Positions 8,801 to 20,816 of a stretch of 64,000 bases of DNA are shown piece by piece (position 1 is the stretch's first letter; each line of letters starts with the position of its first letter). The DNA lies in NCBI RefSeq assembly GCF_001194135.2, contig NC_068994.1, forward strand, positions 3,711,048-3,775,047, in the 5' to 3' direction. The DNA comes from Octopus bimaculoides (lineage: Eukaryota). The position numbers and the translations under genes were made by a program. Under the pieces are notes generated by a model, which was not told the DNA's origin, searched no databases, and saw only the letters and a list, made by a program, of their open reading frames with translations.

Positions 8801-11386
8801 GCCAGGGCCTGAATATGTTTCTCTGAATGAAAGCCTTTCTTTCTCAGCTCTTATACGTTTTGAATGGTCACCAATGCTTCTGTCATTTGGACTTTTTTCT
8901 AGGTAGGAGGTGTTGACCCTCTACGACCCCGTTTTTATTTCTGGGAAGAGGTGGCTCACAGTAATCCAGCCTGTATTGTTTGTCCTTTAGAGGGCAGATA
9001 CCATCTGTTACCTGTCAGTTTAATTATTCAGCTGGAGATATTTCTCTCTGTGACAATACACAGGCAAAACAGACATAAATAACTTTATAGAAACTGTAAG
9101 TCATTGAATGTATTAAGCAGTATGGCAGCCGAGTATTAATATGGAGACCATCACCACTAACTGGAAAAACAATTCATAAGTGGAGCAAAACAGAAGGAGA
9201 TATTGAAGGAAGCAGAAATGAAGGAAACATGGATTTTATTGTACCTGTGCATCTTCCACACACAAAAGCTTTTTTACCTATTGCTGCACCTCTTATGTGT
9301 TCATAGCTTACACCAGACACATCTTATGGAGTTTCTACCTACACCTTTTCTACAGATCAAGCAGGGCCATCCTACTTACTAGGACTTTGGTTTTTGATAG
9401 GTTAACTCTAAAGTCCTTTAAGTCTAGACCTTGCTTCCATACTTGAAACTTTATCTCTAGTTCTGGTAATGATTCAGCTATAAGAACAAGGTCATCGGCA
9501 TAGAGGAGCTCTCAGGGACAGCCTGTCTTGAATTCCTGTTATTGCCTGGAGGACTATAATGAACAAGAGGGGTCTGAGGACTGATCCCTGGTGAACCTCT
9601 ACTTGTACCCTGAATTCTTCACTCTGCTCATTGCCAACCCTCACCTTACTGATAGTATCCCTGTACATCGCTTGTACAGCTCTCACTAACCACTCATCTA
9701 TCCCTAGTTTCTGCATTGTCCACCAGATAAGGGATCAGGGGACCCCGTCAAAGGCTTTCTTCAAGTCAACAAAAACAAGTACAGAGGTTTATCTTTGGTT
9801 ATGTATTTCTCCTGCAGAAATATAGCATCAGTGGTGCTTGTTCCAGGCACAAAACCAAACTGCATCTCATTTAGACTAACTCTCTCCCTAATTAGTTGGG
9901 CTATGACCCTCTCTGTAACTTGCATCACCTGATGATAATATATATCTATTATTGAACATACATATGCAATGTATGTGCTTTGCTTGTCTGCCAGTCAGCT
10001 GTAATTTCACATGGTGGAGATGACTTGCTTAAAGCACTGGATGTCATCGTCATAGTAGTGTCAACCAAAGCCTTGTGAATAGATTTGGCAGATGGAAACT
10101 GAAAGCAGCTCATCATGTGTGTGGTGTGTGCACGTGTGTGTGTGCACGTGTGTGTGTGCACATGTGCATGGGCACGTGTGTGTGTGCACGTGTATATGTC
10201 TTTGTGTCTGTATTTGTTTCCCACACCACTTTTGACAACAGGTGTTGGTGTGTTTGTGTCCCCATAGCTTAGCAGTTCAGCAAAAAGAACCAATAAAATA
10301 AGTACCAGGTTTAAGAAAAATATATACTGGAGTCAATTCATTTAACTAAAAATTATTCAGAGGCATTACTCCAGTATGGCCACAGTCTAATGACCGAAAC
10401 AAGTGAACGATAAAAGATAAAACACACACACATTAGGTCCAGGCATGGGTATGTAGTTTGCCTCCCAGCCATGTGGTTTGGGGTTCAGTCGCACTGCATG
10501 GCACCTTGGCCAAGGGTTCTTTATGATAAGCTAAGGTTAACCAAGGCTTTATGAATAGATTTNNNNNNNNNNNNNNNNNNNNNNNNNNNNNNNNNNNNNN
10601 NNNNNNNNNNNNNNNNNNNNNNNNNNNNNNNNNNNNNNNNNNNNNNNNNNNNNNNNNNNNNNNNNNNNNNNNNNNNNNNNNNNNNNNNNNNNNNNNNNNN
10701 NNNNNNNNNNNNNNNNNNNNNNNNNNNNNNNNNNNNNNNNNNNNNNNNNNNNNNNNNNNNNNNNNNNNNNNNNNNNNNNNNNNNNNNNNNNNNNNNNNNN
10801 NNNNNNNNNNNNNNNNNNNNNNGCAACAGGAAAGGTGTCTGTCCGTAGAAAATCCACCTGGAAGAAACTCTGCCTGCTCCATGCAAACATGGAAAAGTGG
10901 ACATTAAAATGATGATGATTATGATGTCAGAGGTGGTGGTGGTATGATGGTAGTGTGACAGTAGTAGTAGTAGTTCATTTTAGTGGTGGCGGTGGTGGTT
11001 GTGGTGGCAGTGTTGGTTGTGGTGGCAGTGGTGATTGGTCTCGATGAAGGTAGTGGTGATGGTGGTGTAATGTGGGTGGTGTTTTGTAGCTGGTAGAGAT
11101 GGTAGTGAACCTGATGGTAATGATGATGATGATGATGATGATGGTAGGAGTTTTATTACTGATGTCGGTGATGATGCTGATGTAGTGGCTGTGATGCTGG
11201 CAATCACACATTTATAGAGAGAGATCAACAAATACACAAAAGGAAGAACTCACCGTCATATCCTTGACCAGTGGCCACTGTATGAACAAAGAGTGAAAGC
11301 CATGTAAAGAAGGTAACCACTGGTCTGTAGGGTCTCCTCCCTGCAGCTGTTTCCGGTGTGGATAACCAGCGCTGATCAATAACCAT
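4537..11386 (-). CDS. Six-exon S1-family serine protease, 299 aa: join(11386-11254,8215-8065,7234-7116,6635-6501,5564-5413,4746-4537)
   Basis: Hand splicing gives 133+151+119+135+152+210=900 nt in one frame, with intron phases 1,2,1,1,0 and GT..AG ends. Motifs: VANG N-terminus, CSGTLI, LTASHC (His57), HPDY, NDIAML (Asp102), CYVAGWG, GDSGAG (Ser195), SFYSEWI. Confidence 0.92.
4784..4880. repeat. Compound microsatellite (TAA)n(GAA)n
   Basis: Direct reading. Confidence 0.95.
4883..4994 (+). mobile_element. R4/Dong-like LINE remnant, restriction-like endonuclease region
   Basis: [37 protein letters not shown] resembles CxIIDIAxPxD...KExEKxxKYxxLxxEI; preceded by (TAA)n(GAA)n. Confidence 0.6.
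5413..5564 (-). CDS. Protease exon 5
   Basis: tatttgtag| acceptor (phase 1); [50 protein letters not shown]; donor AAT|GTAAGT (phase 0). Contains the Cys168/Cys182 pair. Too short to appear in the ORF track. Confidence 0.9.
5585..5778 (-). mobile_element. tRNA-head SINE, family C
   Basis: A-box-like tggcagaa and B-box gagttcaaa. Homologous copies at 6171-6365, 16617-16808, 16862-17061, 30110-30330, 41257-41460, 50700-50875 and 59363-59803. Confidence 0.8.
5876..6140 (+). mobile_element. R4/Dong-like LINE remnant: RT segment fused to zinc-knuckle segment
   Basis: [47 protein letters not shown] is followed directly by [35 protein letters not shown]. Confidence 0.8.
6501..6635 (-). CDS. Protease exon 4 (catalytic Asp, CYVAGWG)
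   Basis: aatcaacag| acceptor; [44 protein letters not shown]; donor A|GTAAGT. Phase 1 at both ends. Confidence 0.93.
6832..7062 (+). mobile_element. piggyBac-like MITE (family P2), 3' truncated, ending in 18-bp tandem x3
   Basis: Starts taaCCCTTTT and is near-identical to 29166-29395; ends in (gaaagaaacacagagcat)x3 at 7011-7062. Confidence 0.7.
7116..7234 (-). CDS. Protease exon 3
   Basis: tttctcaccag| acceptor (phase 2); [39 protein letters not shown]; donor A|GTACGT (phase 1). Confidence 0.88.
7314..7615. repeat. 60-bp minisatellite, at least 5 units, interrupted by a 10-N gap, in protease intron 2
   Basis: Unit gtgtttgtattggattagcagcatagatggagggtggaggatagagctggaggccagaag. Confidence 0.9.
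7745..7890 (+). mobile_element. tRNA-head SINE, family A
   Basis: ggctgtgtggtaagaagcttgc..ggttctgggtt..caagtgtcttctac..ggaaactgaaagaagccc. Other copies at 2740-2840, 10436-10562, 33140-33262, 34086-34250(-), 48327-48440(-), 51786-51945(-) and 59085-59170(-). Confidence 0.75.
8065..8215 (-). CDS. Protease exon 2 (propeptide, VANG N-terminus, catalytic His)
   Basis: tcctttacag| acceptor; [49 protein letters not shown]; donor AC|GTGAGT (phase 2). Confidence 0.93.
8590..8790 (-). mobile_element. Degenerate LINE 3' remnant, possibly R4/Dong-like
   Basis: Weak similarity only: [16 protein letters not shown] versus the QKxxLxxTxRIxxKVL C-terminal motif. Confidence 0.25.
9492..9932 (-). mobile_element. 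RTE-clade LINE reverse transcriptase fragment
   Basis: [69 protein letters not shown], with a stop and frameshifts. Confidence 0.88.
10915..11200. repeat. Cryptic trinucleotide mosaic (GGT/GAT/GTA)
   Basis: Mixed triplet repeats; similar blocks at 37740-37950, 38200-38320 and 60640-61150. Confidence 0.85.
11254..11386 (-). CDS. Protease exon 1 (leader/signal peptide) [44 protein letters not shown]
   Basis: ATG in gaagATGG with an in-frame TGA upstream. Hydrophobic stretch [15 protein letters not shown] plus an A-T-G cleavage-type motif. Phase-1 donor G|GTGAGT matches the phase-1 acceptor at 8215. Confidence 0.7.
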
Positions 11387-12257
11387 CTTCCTTCAACAAA
11401 CTCCGGTGAACAAATAGAAAGTCTGTTTGCAATGTTTAAGCTCTCAGGTTTCACACGCACACACACACAAACACAGATGCATGCATAAAGAAAGAGAAGA
11501 TAGGAGAAGGGAGAGGAGTGTGAGCGGTATACGCATGTACAAATATTTTGACACATAGACATCTACACACATTATACACACATACATACATACATACATA
11601 CATATATACACACACACACACATATATATACATACACACATATATATATATATACATACATATATACATACACACACAAATATATATATATATATANNNN
11701 NNNNNNNNNNNNNNNNNNNNNNNNNNNNNNNNNNNNNNNNNNNNNNNNNNNNNNNNNNNNNNNNNNNNNNNNNNNNNNNNNNNNNNNNNNNNNNNNNNNN
11801 NNNNNNNNNNNNNNNNNNNNNNNNNNNNNNNNNNNNNNNNNNNNNNNNNNNNNNNNNNNNNNNNNNNNNNNNNNNNNNNNNNNNNNNNNNNNNNNNNNNN
11901 NNNNNNNNNNNNNNNNNNNNNNNNNNNNNNNNNNNNNNNNNNNNNNNNNNNNNNNNNNNNNNNNNNNNNNNNNNNNNNNNNNNNNNNNNNNNNNNNNNNN
12001 NNNNNNNNNNNNNNNNNNNNNNNNNNNNNNNNNNNNNNNNNNNNNNNNNNNNNNNNNNNNNNNNNNNNNNNNNNNNNNNNNNNNNNNNNNNNNNNNNNNN
12101 NNNNNNNNNNNNNNNNNNNNNNNNNNNNNNNNNNNNNNNNNNNNNNNNNNNNNNNNNNNNNNNNNNNNNNNNNNNNNNNNNNNNNNNNNNNNNNNNNNNN
12201 NNNNNNNNNNNNNNNNNNNNNNNNNNNNNNNNNNNNNNNNNNNNNNNNNNNNATATA

Positions 12258-12289
<32 letters not shown>

Positions 12290-12734
12290 CATATATATAT
12301 ATACATAGTGAGGAGGAGAGAGAGAGCAGGGGTCACATACACAGATACAGGCATTTGTAAATAGAATTACTGTTAATTACTTAATAAACATTGTAGACAC
12401 CTGTTACGTGGATTACATTACATCATTGTTTAGGTGACAAGCAATCCTCTGTGTGTGCGTGTGTGTGTGTGAGAGAGTTTAAGTCTCCACCCACAAACAT
12501 CACTTACTTAAGCACAGTCATCATAAAAGTGTTGGGTATATGTGTGTGTGTATCTGAATGTGCATGCATGCGTGTGTGTGTTTGTGTACATATGTGTATG
12601 TGTATCAGTAAATCTCTATGAATCTAGATGTGTGTATATTTTGCATATGTGTATATCTCTCTCTCTCCACTCCTTCTCTCTCTAAATATATATGTGTGTG
12701 TATGTATGTATGTATATATATATATATATATATT

Positions 12735-12925
12735 CTTTTATTCTTTTACTTGTTTCAGTCATTTGACTCTGGCCATGCTGGAGCACCGCCTTTAGTTGAG
12801 CGAATCGACCCCAGGACTTATTCTTTGTAAGCCTAATACTTATTCTATCGGTCTCTTTTGCAGAACTGCTAAGTTACACGGACATAAACACACCAACATC
12901 AGTTGTCAAGCAATGGCGGGAGGGG
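12735..12925 (+). mobile_element. Dispersed SINE-like repeat, family B
   Basis: ttttacttgtttcagtcatttg..ccatgctggagcac..gcctaatacttattctatcgg. Copies at 31144-31310, 33925-34060 and 48117-48300, with related inverted copies near 10215-10400 and 34290-34420. Confidence 0.8.
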
Positions 12926-12974
12926 GGCAAATACAGACACACAAACATACAAACACACTCACATACATATACAG

Positions 12975-13022
<48 letters not shown>

Positions 13023-14530
13023 GATGAAATGGGTAAATTGTTGTCATTTAAAATGTTTAATGACGAAAAAAAGATGGCTGGGTAGACAGGTTTGTGAGAG
13101 TGTGAAGTGGGGAGTGACAGATGGATAGAGATAGGAATGTAGGGAACAGTGGGTAAGGGTGGAGATGTGGGCGATGGGTGGGGTGTAAAGTACAATAGGT
13201 GTTGGTCGGGGGGGGGGGAGGAGGTGATGGATGGTAATACATAAAAAGAGAAGAGGTGGAGAACAACAGTATAATAGAATTGTTGAGAGAGATGAGAAAG
13301 AGGGAGACGATGTGAAGTACAGAGCAGAGAGAAGATGAACAGTAACAGAGATGGAGGATGGTGGTGGTCGTGACAACCATCAGTTATTATACAGGGTGAC
13401 ACCACCACCACCAGCACCATTGCCGCTGCCACCAACTCCACTTCTACCCCTAGCATCAGTTATTGACAACTGTTACCAAGTCACTCGTCAATGCCAATCT
13501 ATAAAGCTGTATAAGACAGCTGCCATCATTCAATGTCTGCTTTTTGCTGTGACTGGTGTTGTGTCAATGACCATTTGGAAATAGAAAAAGAAATATGCAG
13601 AAACAAAGACAAAAAAACTGGGAGCTGACACAAATATGTCTGATTTAATATGTCTTATGAAAGAGTGGGACAATAATCATTAAGTAATTAGACAATTAGT
13701 AAATGAAGAGTAGTTTTATGATAAACTTTGTCAATCATTTTTTGCTTTTGAAAATAAAATATACTCTGTAACATCATAGTCATGGCTGATACTGGTGTCA
13801 CAGAACTGGCACCTGTGCCAGTGGCATGTAAAAAGCACCCATTACACTCTTGGAGTGGTTGGCATTAGGAAAGGCATCCAACTGTAGAAACCAAGCCAAA
13901 TCAGACTGGAACTTGCTGCAGCTCTCCGACTTACCGGTTCCAGTCAAACCGTGTCACCCATGCCAGCATGGAAGGCAGAGGCTAAAGGATGGTAATGATT
14001 TCAGATCTCTTATACCATTGTTAGTCAGAAACATGTGAACCCATGGCAGCTTTGTTGAAAATCTGCCACCAACAACACCATTGTTCTCTTAACTTCAATC
14101 TAAAAATATAAAGTCTTTAAAATCACACTTGACAAATAAACGTCCTTTGTGAATATTTACAAAGTAATGTCACACAGTTTTATAAATATTTCTCCATAGT
14201 ATCTTCCTTTGTCATCAAAGTTATAGGCAAAAATTCTTCTCACAAAACAAATATTTACACAGGAGCTGTTAGAAGGGTGGTCAATGCCTACAGAAATTAT
14301 TTTTCAAGGAGGAATCACGTATTTACAGCCAAAATATTAATTACAAGCATAGACGCATAGCACAAATTTGATATTACGTGTGTGTGTGTGTGTGTGTGTG
14401 TGTATAGGCACAGGTGTGACTGTGGTAAGAAGCTTGCTTCCCAACCACAGAGTTCTGTATAACACATCTTTAAACCCACAAATATATACACATCCCCATC
14501 TGGGGCAGAGCTGTAGCTATTATGTATACA

Positions 14531-14880
14531 TACAAGGTGTTCGGGTTAAATTTAACGATCTTTTTGTATGTCCTTTTTTCAAGAACAGCTTGATGTATTG
14601 ACGAACAAACTGTCAATGGCGTTGAAGAGCATAAAGATTAAAGTTGCAGCTGAGAAAAAGTTGGCTGACATGGAAGGTTGGAAGCCGTCTGAATATTGGG
14701 GAAGAGTTACTGGTCTCATGATGATTGGCACCAGGTATCGAAATGCTGACATCATGACTGCTGCCCAATACTCTGTGGAGGCTGTAAGACATGACATGGA
14801 CATTATGGAAACTAGACGGTGAGGGTCTTTAGGTGTATGTCCAGTGAGAGTGCTGTCGTGCAACCCCATATCTTGGAACT
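14531..14880 (+). mobile_element. Possible Tc1/mariner 5' end remnant
   Basis: TA|CAAGGTGTTC terminus-like sequence followed by a short HTH-like ORF (WKPSEYWGRVTGLMMIG...ADIMTAAQYSVEAVRH); no catalytic domain. Confidence 0.35.
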
Positions 14881-15408
14881 GGGCTTTAGGCTCACTTCAA
14901 ATGAAACTGCTGGAGATTGTGGTGAAACCCTGGCTGGAGAGGGAGGGCTGCTGCTGCTGTGTGGCAGCAAGATTTGTTTAGTTACACTGTTTGGAATTAA
15001 TCATGGATTATCTTGTGGCTTCAAGATTCCAATGGTTTCCATATTTTTAGAATGACAGTGTAGTGGGAGTGTGAAAGGTTCAACTTGGTCAGTTTTACCA
15101 TAAAACGGAGAATATTCAGGTCAGGTGTGGCCCAAATGCTAAAGGGTTAAACCATGCAAAGAGTGGAATTACAAAAATAAATAAAATATAAAGGAACGAA
15201 AAAAAAAAGCAAGAAATTATTTTTTTTATTTATTTATTTTCTTGTTATTTTTTTTTAATTTTTGACAAGGCAATTGGTTTGGGTGGGTGTTTTGAGTCTG
15301 TTGCCCAGAAATATTGCCGGCACAACAATGATAATAATAATAATGAGAATAATAATAATAATAATAAGTATATATATGGGATGGAAAGAAAATATTTAAT
15401 ATACTTCA

Positions 15409-15444
<36 letters not shown>

Positions 15445-16616
15445 TAAAAAAGAGAAATAAAAGAAAGTAAAAAAAAGCTGTCCATTGTGAAAGAAATAAA
15501 GCGTTAGGAAGTGAAATAAGATTTATACAAACGATTATTATATTCTGATGAGAAGATTAAAAGTTGATCAAAATATATGTACAATATTTCATTTATATAT
15601 ATATTAATTAATTGGCCATCATGTTGTTTAGTATGTCAAATAATGATTCACTCTAAACTGAATTTCATACTCCGTGTTTTTTTATTTTTTATTCCCCTAT
15701 CCCCAACTTTTACCATCAAAACTATCAGACTTCCTCGCACAGCTCTTCTCCACCCCCCCACCCCCACTTGACCTGACCTGTCTTTCATTCGTTTTGTCTC
15801 CCTCCAAGCCTCCGCCCTTGCTCGCTGTCCCACGCAACCTCCATGTCGTCTCACATCTCTCAGACATTGTTATCAAGTTGCAAGAGCCTGAAGAAAAAGG
15901 AGTGAGGGGGGGGGGCAGAGAGCGCCATGGAAAGTTATAAAAAAATTAAATTAAAAAAAACAGATAAGCAAACAGAATTTCTCTCCCTTGATTTCCACTT
16001 AATCCTTGATATTCTTGGAAGAAATATAGTTTGTTTTACATATACACACTCACACACACACAGAATACCTGCATATGTTTTATACATATAGATTTGGTAA
16101 AATAATCCTGATTGAAGTGAGTTTCTATCAGAAGCCTGTAAAACTTTAAGTCACTTGGAACTGAATCAAGCTGTTTTAAATAATGATGCATGTGTATGTA
16201 TATATATATATGCTGAAATATTAATTCATTTCACCATTTATCAAGCTGGTAAAAACAAGATGGTTTGGTAAGTGTGTTCGATGCAACTGACATTTGAATA
16301 AGCAAGAACATTTAAAAAAAGACAAGAAAAACAGGGGAGATAATTAACTTCACAGTAAATATAACCAGTGTCTTATGAATATCAAAATTACATAAACCAA
16401 TACTGGAACGGCCTATGATGTGTCTGGTGGTTTATCTTTAGTTTCTACCAAGATGTATCTTTTAAACAGCATACTATAAAGAAAAAGATCTCGCTCTGGG
16501 TATTTACACAGTCACTGGAGCTTAGGTTTCTGGTAAATGGCAAAATTAATATTTCAGTCAGGAAACCCCAGGTAGTTGTATTTCACAAGGCTTGTGATTT
16601 TTATAATAATAATAAT

Positions 16617-16807
16617 CCTTTCTACTAAAGGTACAAGGCCTGAAATTTTGGGGGAGGGGTCTAGTTGATTACATTGACTCCAGTACGCAACTGGTACTTA
16701 AGCCTGAAAGGATGAAAGGCAAAGTTGACCATGGTGAAATTTGAACTCGGAACGAGATGGATGAAATACTGACAAGCATGCTAATGATTCTGCCAGCTCG
16801 TTGCCTT

Positions 16808-16852
<45 letters not shown>

Positions 16853-17061
16853 TTTTGTTTTCCTACTCTAGGCACAAGGCCTGAGATTTTTGGGGAGGGG
16901 TCCAGTTGATTAGATTAACCCCAGTACGCAACTGGTACTTAATTTATCAACCCTGAAAGGATGAAAGGCAAAGTCGACCTTGGCGCAATTTGAACTCAGG
17001 ATGTGAAGAAAATGAAATACCACAAAGCATCTCACCACCCGGCATGCTGACAATTCTGCCT
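16617..17061 (-). mobile_element. Two head-to-tail family C SINEs separated and flanked by (AAT)n
   Basis: Copies at 16617-16808 and 16862-17061; (AAT)n at 16809-16850. Confidence 0.85.
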
Positions 17062-18095
17062 TAATAATAATAATAACAACATATATTTATATTCCATTAG
17101 AGGCTGTTGGAAACGGTAAGCTGTTATTTGTAAGCATTTCCAGCTGCTGTTGAAGGGGGCCAGTAAATCCATTGGTCCATCAGTGGGCCTGGCCAGTAAG
17201 GAAGACGTGTGTGCGGCCAGAAGGATTAGAATAAGAAAACCCATTAAAGGTAGAGGAACTGTATGAAAGCCACAACTTCCATATTTTGGGAGGAGCTGGA
17301 TGCCACTAGGATGAATAAGAATTACTGAATCCAATCAGAGGAAGTTATATCAATATGGAATTCTATAGGTCAGGGCTCAGGGAATCCAACACTGAGTGTT
17401 GGAGGATGGAGATTGGTTAAAAAAAAATCTTCAGGTATCCTAGCAACGGAAACAGCTTGGGAATGATAATGTGTGTATATTAATTCAGGTGTTTTTTAAC
17501 ACTCAGTGCTGTGTAGGGAGCTTTTCCAGATGCTATCTTGCAGTAAATTCAGCAAATACAAACACTGTATGTGTGATCGATAATATTTATATATATACAC
17601 ACACACACATACTATATATATATAGACATACATGCATATACACACACATATATAAACATTGAGATGGCATGTATGTATATATGAATTCTATAGAAAATCT
17701 AGAGATAAACTTAAAGGACATGCGAGAGTCAAGGTGCATGACATGCAGCCAGTGTTTACAACTCCATCACAGAAGAAGAGAAAAACAAAATAAAACTGAA
17801 GGACTCTGAAATTATTTGCTCACTTTTATGACATTTGGTAAATCATTTCAGAACCAATTCTCTGGTCTTGCCTCTCTCTTTCTCCACACACACACACATA
17901 TATAAGACTTAAAACTCTGATTCTGCCTGGTTGGTCACGTTCTCTCTCTCTAGCCGGGAATGGCACTGAAAAAACAGCCACAACTTGGGGGTTCCACCAG
18001 ATGGCAAGTAGAAAAGATTAACTTATTAGCTGACCTGAAGACAGTCGACATTACATGAAATGGGCAAGAATAGCAACCGATTGAACCCAGGGGAG

Positions 18096-18370
18096 CAGGG
18101 GTTCTCAACCATTTTTTTTTTATCTATGGACCCCTTTGATTCCTGTTCTATTCTGATGGATCCCTATAGCCATTCGATGTTTAAAAACTCATTTTATAGA
18201 TACTTCTTTCAAAATTCACATATTCGCTTTGCACAGGTCGAACTATATAAAATGTTTGAGAAAGAAACCCGTTTCTTGCAATAAATACATCTAAAGCAAA
18301 ATTTTCTCATTGACCCTTAATATAATTCTGTGGGACCCCAATTTAGTATTTCACTTGCACCCCACCCACA
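18096..18370 (+). mobile_element. hAT-like non-autonomous element, 5' end
   Basis: Starts CAGGGGTTCTCAACC, a typical Charlie/hAT terminus; no matching 3' TIR found. Confidence 0.45.
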
Positions 18371-19621
18371 AGGGAGGTTTGCTGTCCAATGCATTGAACA
18401 GCAGAGGAGGACCTAAGGCTAAAGCTAAGCTTGTTGTTTTGGGAACATCAATCCAATTTCTAATTTCGGTGTGTGTCACTTTCCACTTTAATCAAATGAC
18501 TATTTGACATGTCTAAAAGCAAAATCTCTGATCAATCTGGTCACTCAAAATCCCTCAGTCAAACCAACGGAAGAATGGTTGCTTTATAAATGTTGACGTT
18601 GTGGTAGGTGCTGATTCCTCCATTATTTTATTCCGTTCATACAAATATCCCAAAGCGTACAGTGTATCTGCATCATTGAAGGATCAAAGAGAATAGATGC
18701 AATACAAGCTAGCAGCAGAAAGCATCTTTCAATTCAAACCACATCTATTTTAGTCTACTGGTCTCTTTTTGGCAACTCACCCATCGAAGCTGTTCTTCCT
18801 AAAAGTTCTTCTAAACACATTACACACTGCTATGTAAAGAAATACATCAACGGGGAACCACATTATTTCATGTTGGGACTGTGGGGGAAAAGAGACTTTT
18901 GCTTTTGATATAAAGCTTCAAATGTGACTGCCATGAGATGCCATTAGCTGCAGCCTACACCTGTATAGGAGTATGCATACAGCTACCACTCACTATACAC
19001 ACTTCCAAAAACTAAAATAAATCACTGCCCTGTCTACAACATATAAGCTTTATGCTTATGTCATTTGAAAACTGAGTTGCAGGTATATGGCCATGCAGTT
19101 AAGATGTTCATAAATCGTCCCATGGTGAAATCCATTTCACTAAACTAACAAAATGATTTCCTGCTAACCTCTGACATTCTCTATGAACAAAGTCCAAGCT
19201 AGATTAGACCACTGGCCCTCTATTCCATAGCAATAAAATTCAAGCATTGCTGACCCCTAAGAAAACAAACCCCTATATAGTACAACAGATCGGCTTGGTA
19301 TGCCCTTCCTGCCCCACAATCAATCTGTGTCCTCTCCCTGTAACTTCTACATGTATTAGTAAAATCTCTGATTTTCTCCACATGTTGACCCTACATGACC
19401 TTGTGGCTAAAGACCAGCTGACCATCAGATAAGGACCAAAGTGGTCAGTAATGCTACAACCCGCACTGCTGCTACCTTTCTGCTCGTATATCATCTGTGG
19501 ACGCTGGACATTGGCCTCTTGCATCAAAACATGTCAGGAGAGGGGGACACCCTCAATGGGACTGACCCCAGTATTTCATTGGTATCTATTCTACCAAACC
19601 ACAAGGTCAACCTGGTGAGAT

Positions 19622-19824
19622 TTGACCCTTTAGCATTCAAATTATCCTGCTGAATGTAATGTTTGTTTATTCGTTATTTTGAATTAATTATGCATTATCT
19701 TGTAGCTTTGAGATTTTGGTCATGTGATTAGAATTGGTGTGAGGGGCCAAATTTGGCAAATTTGAACATAATACAAGTAGAATAATTGGGCTGGATATGG
19801 TCAGTTTGAAAGCTATAAGGTTAA
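19622..19824 (+). mobile_element. piggyBac-like MITE (family P1)
   Basis: ttgaCCCTTTAGCATTC ... GCTATAAGGttaa. Homologous to 36627-36838 (opposite internal orientation) and to the 3' half at ~14980-15150, which ends GCTAAAGGG|TTAA. Confidence 0.7.
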
Positions 19825-20816
19825 ACTCAGAATGTAGAGGGAGCTAGGACAGGCATATTCTCCTCACCATACCACTTCTAAACTTCACATTCCACCCATT
19901 ATATACACCACCACTGAGTTGATTCTACACTTTTGACCAATTATACACCCTACCACTGGTTCTACACCCCACAACCCCTCTCCCCACCACTCCGCTGTCT
20001 TCTAATAAAAGCAAAGAAGATAAAAAATAAATTATGTGTAAAAAAATTTGGAGAATTGGTACGAATATATCAAAAAAATTGCCATGATAGGTGTCTGATG
20101 CACTCAGAGATGATGATGTTCATGTTGTTGATGTTGTTTTGGCCAGTCAAATTAAGTTGTTGCATAGTTTCCTTAAAAGAAATGGGTTTTTTTTTTGCTT
20201 TGTTTTGTTGGGTTATTTTTATATAAGCCAAGAAAAGAAGAAATTTTGCAGTTTCCAGTGTTTCATTGATAGATGATGTAAGAGGGATCAGGGAATCCAG
20301 GGTATACACAGCTGTTCTGAGATTTCCATGTAAACAGTGAGAATTTCTAGACCCATCCAACCCATGCTGTAAAGTGTTTGGTAAGGAATATATAAAAAAA
20401 AAAAAGCTTACAGCTGTGTTTTTTTTGTTGTTTGTTTTAGTGTTAAAAGTTGCAGTGGGAAGATTTCAAAAACCACATGGATACATGTGAACAGGTGGCT
20501 TTGTATGTGGCAGTGTACATGTGGATATACATGTGTATATAGGGTTGGCACATACACAGATATTTGTATATATATATATCTGTACATATATATTCATATA
20601 TGTGTGTGATGTATATACAAAATATCTGAGATGTTTATGCAAAAGCTCATGGGTGTATATAAATATGTGTGTGTATATGTGAATGTCTACATATAGACAG
20701 ACTCTCATACTACTACACAACCACAAAGGCCACATACATTGTTTTCCCAGGTGGAATATCCAAGGCCAGAGCTATGGTCCCACTCTCTCTCTTTCTCTCT
20801 TGTCTGCCACTTCAGT

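Noticed and set aside
9010-9050. 36-nt AG..GT-flanked candidate extra protease exon
   Set aside because: Stop codons in all three frames.
17200-17450. Possible CR1/L2 remnants (also 42700-42930)
   Set aside because: Similarity too weak to classify without a profile search.
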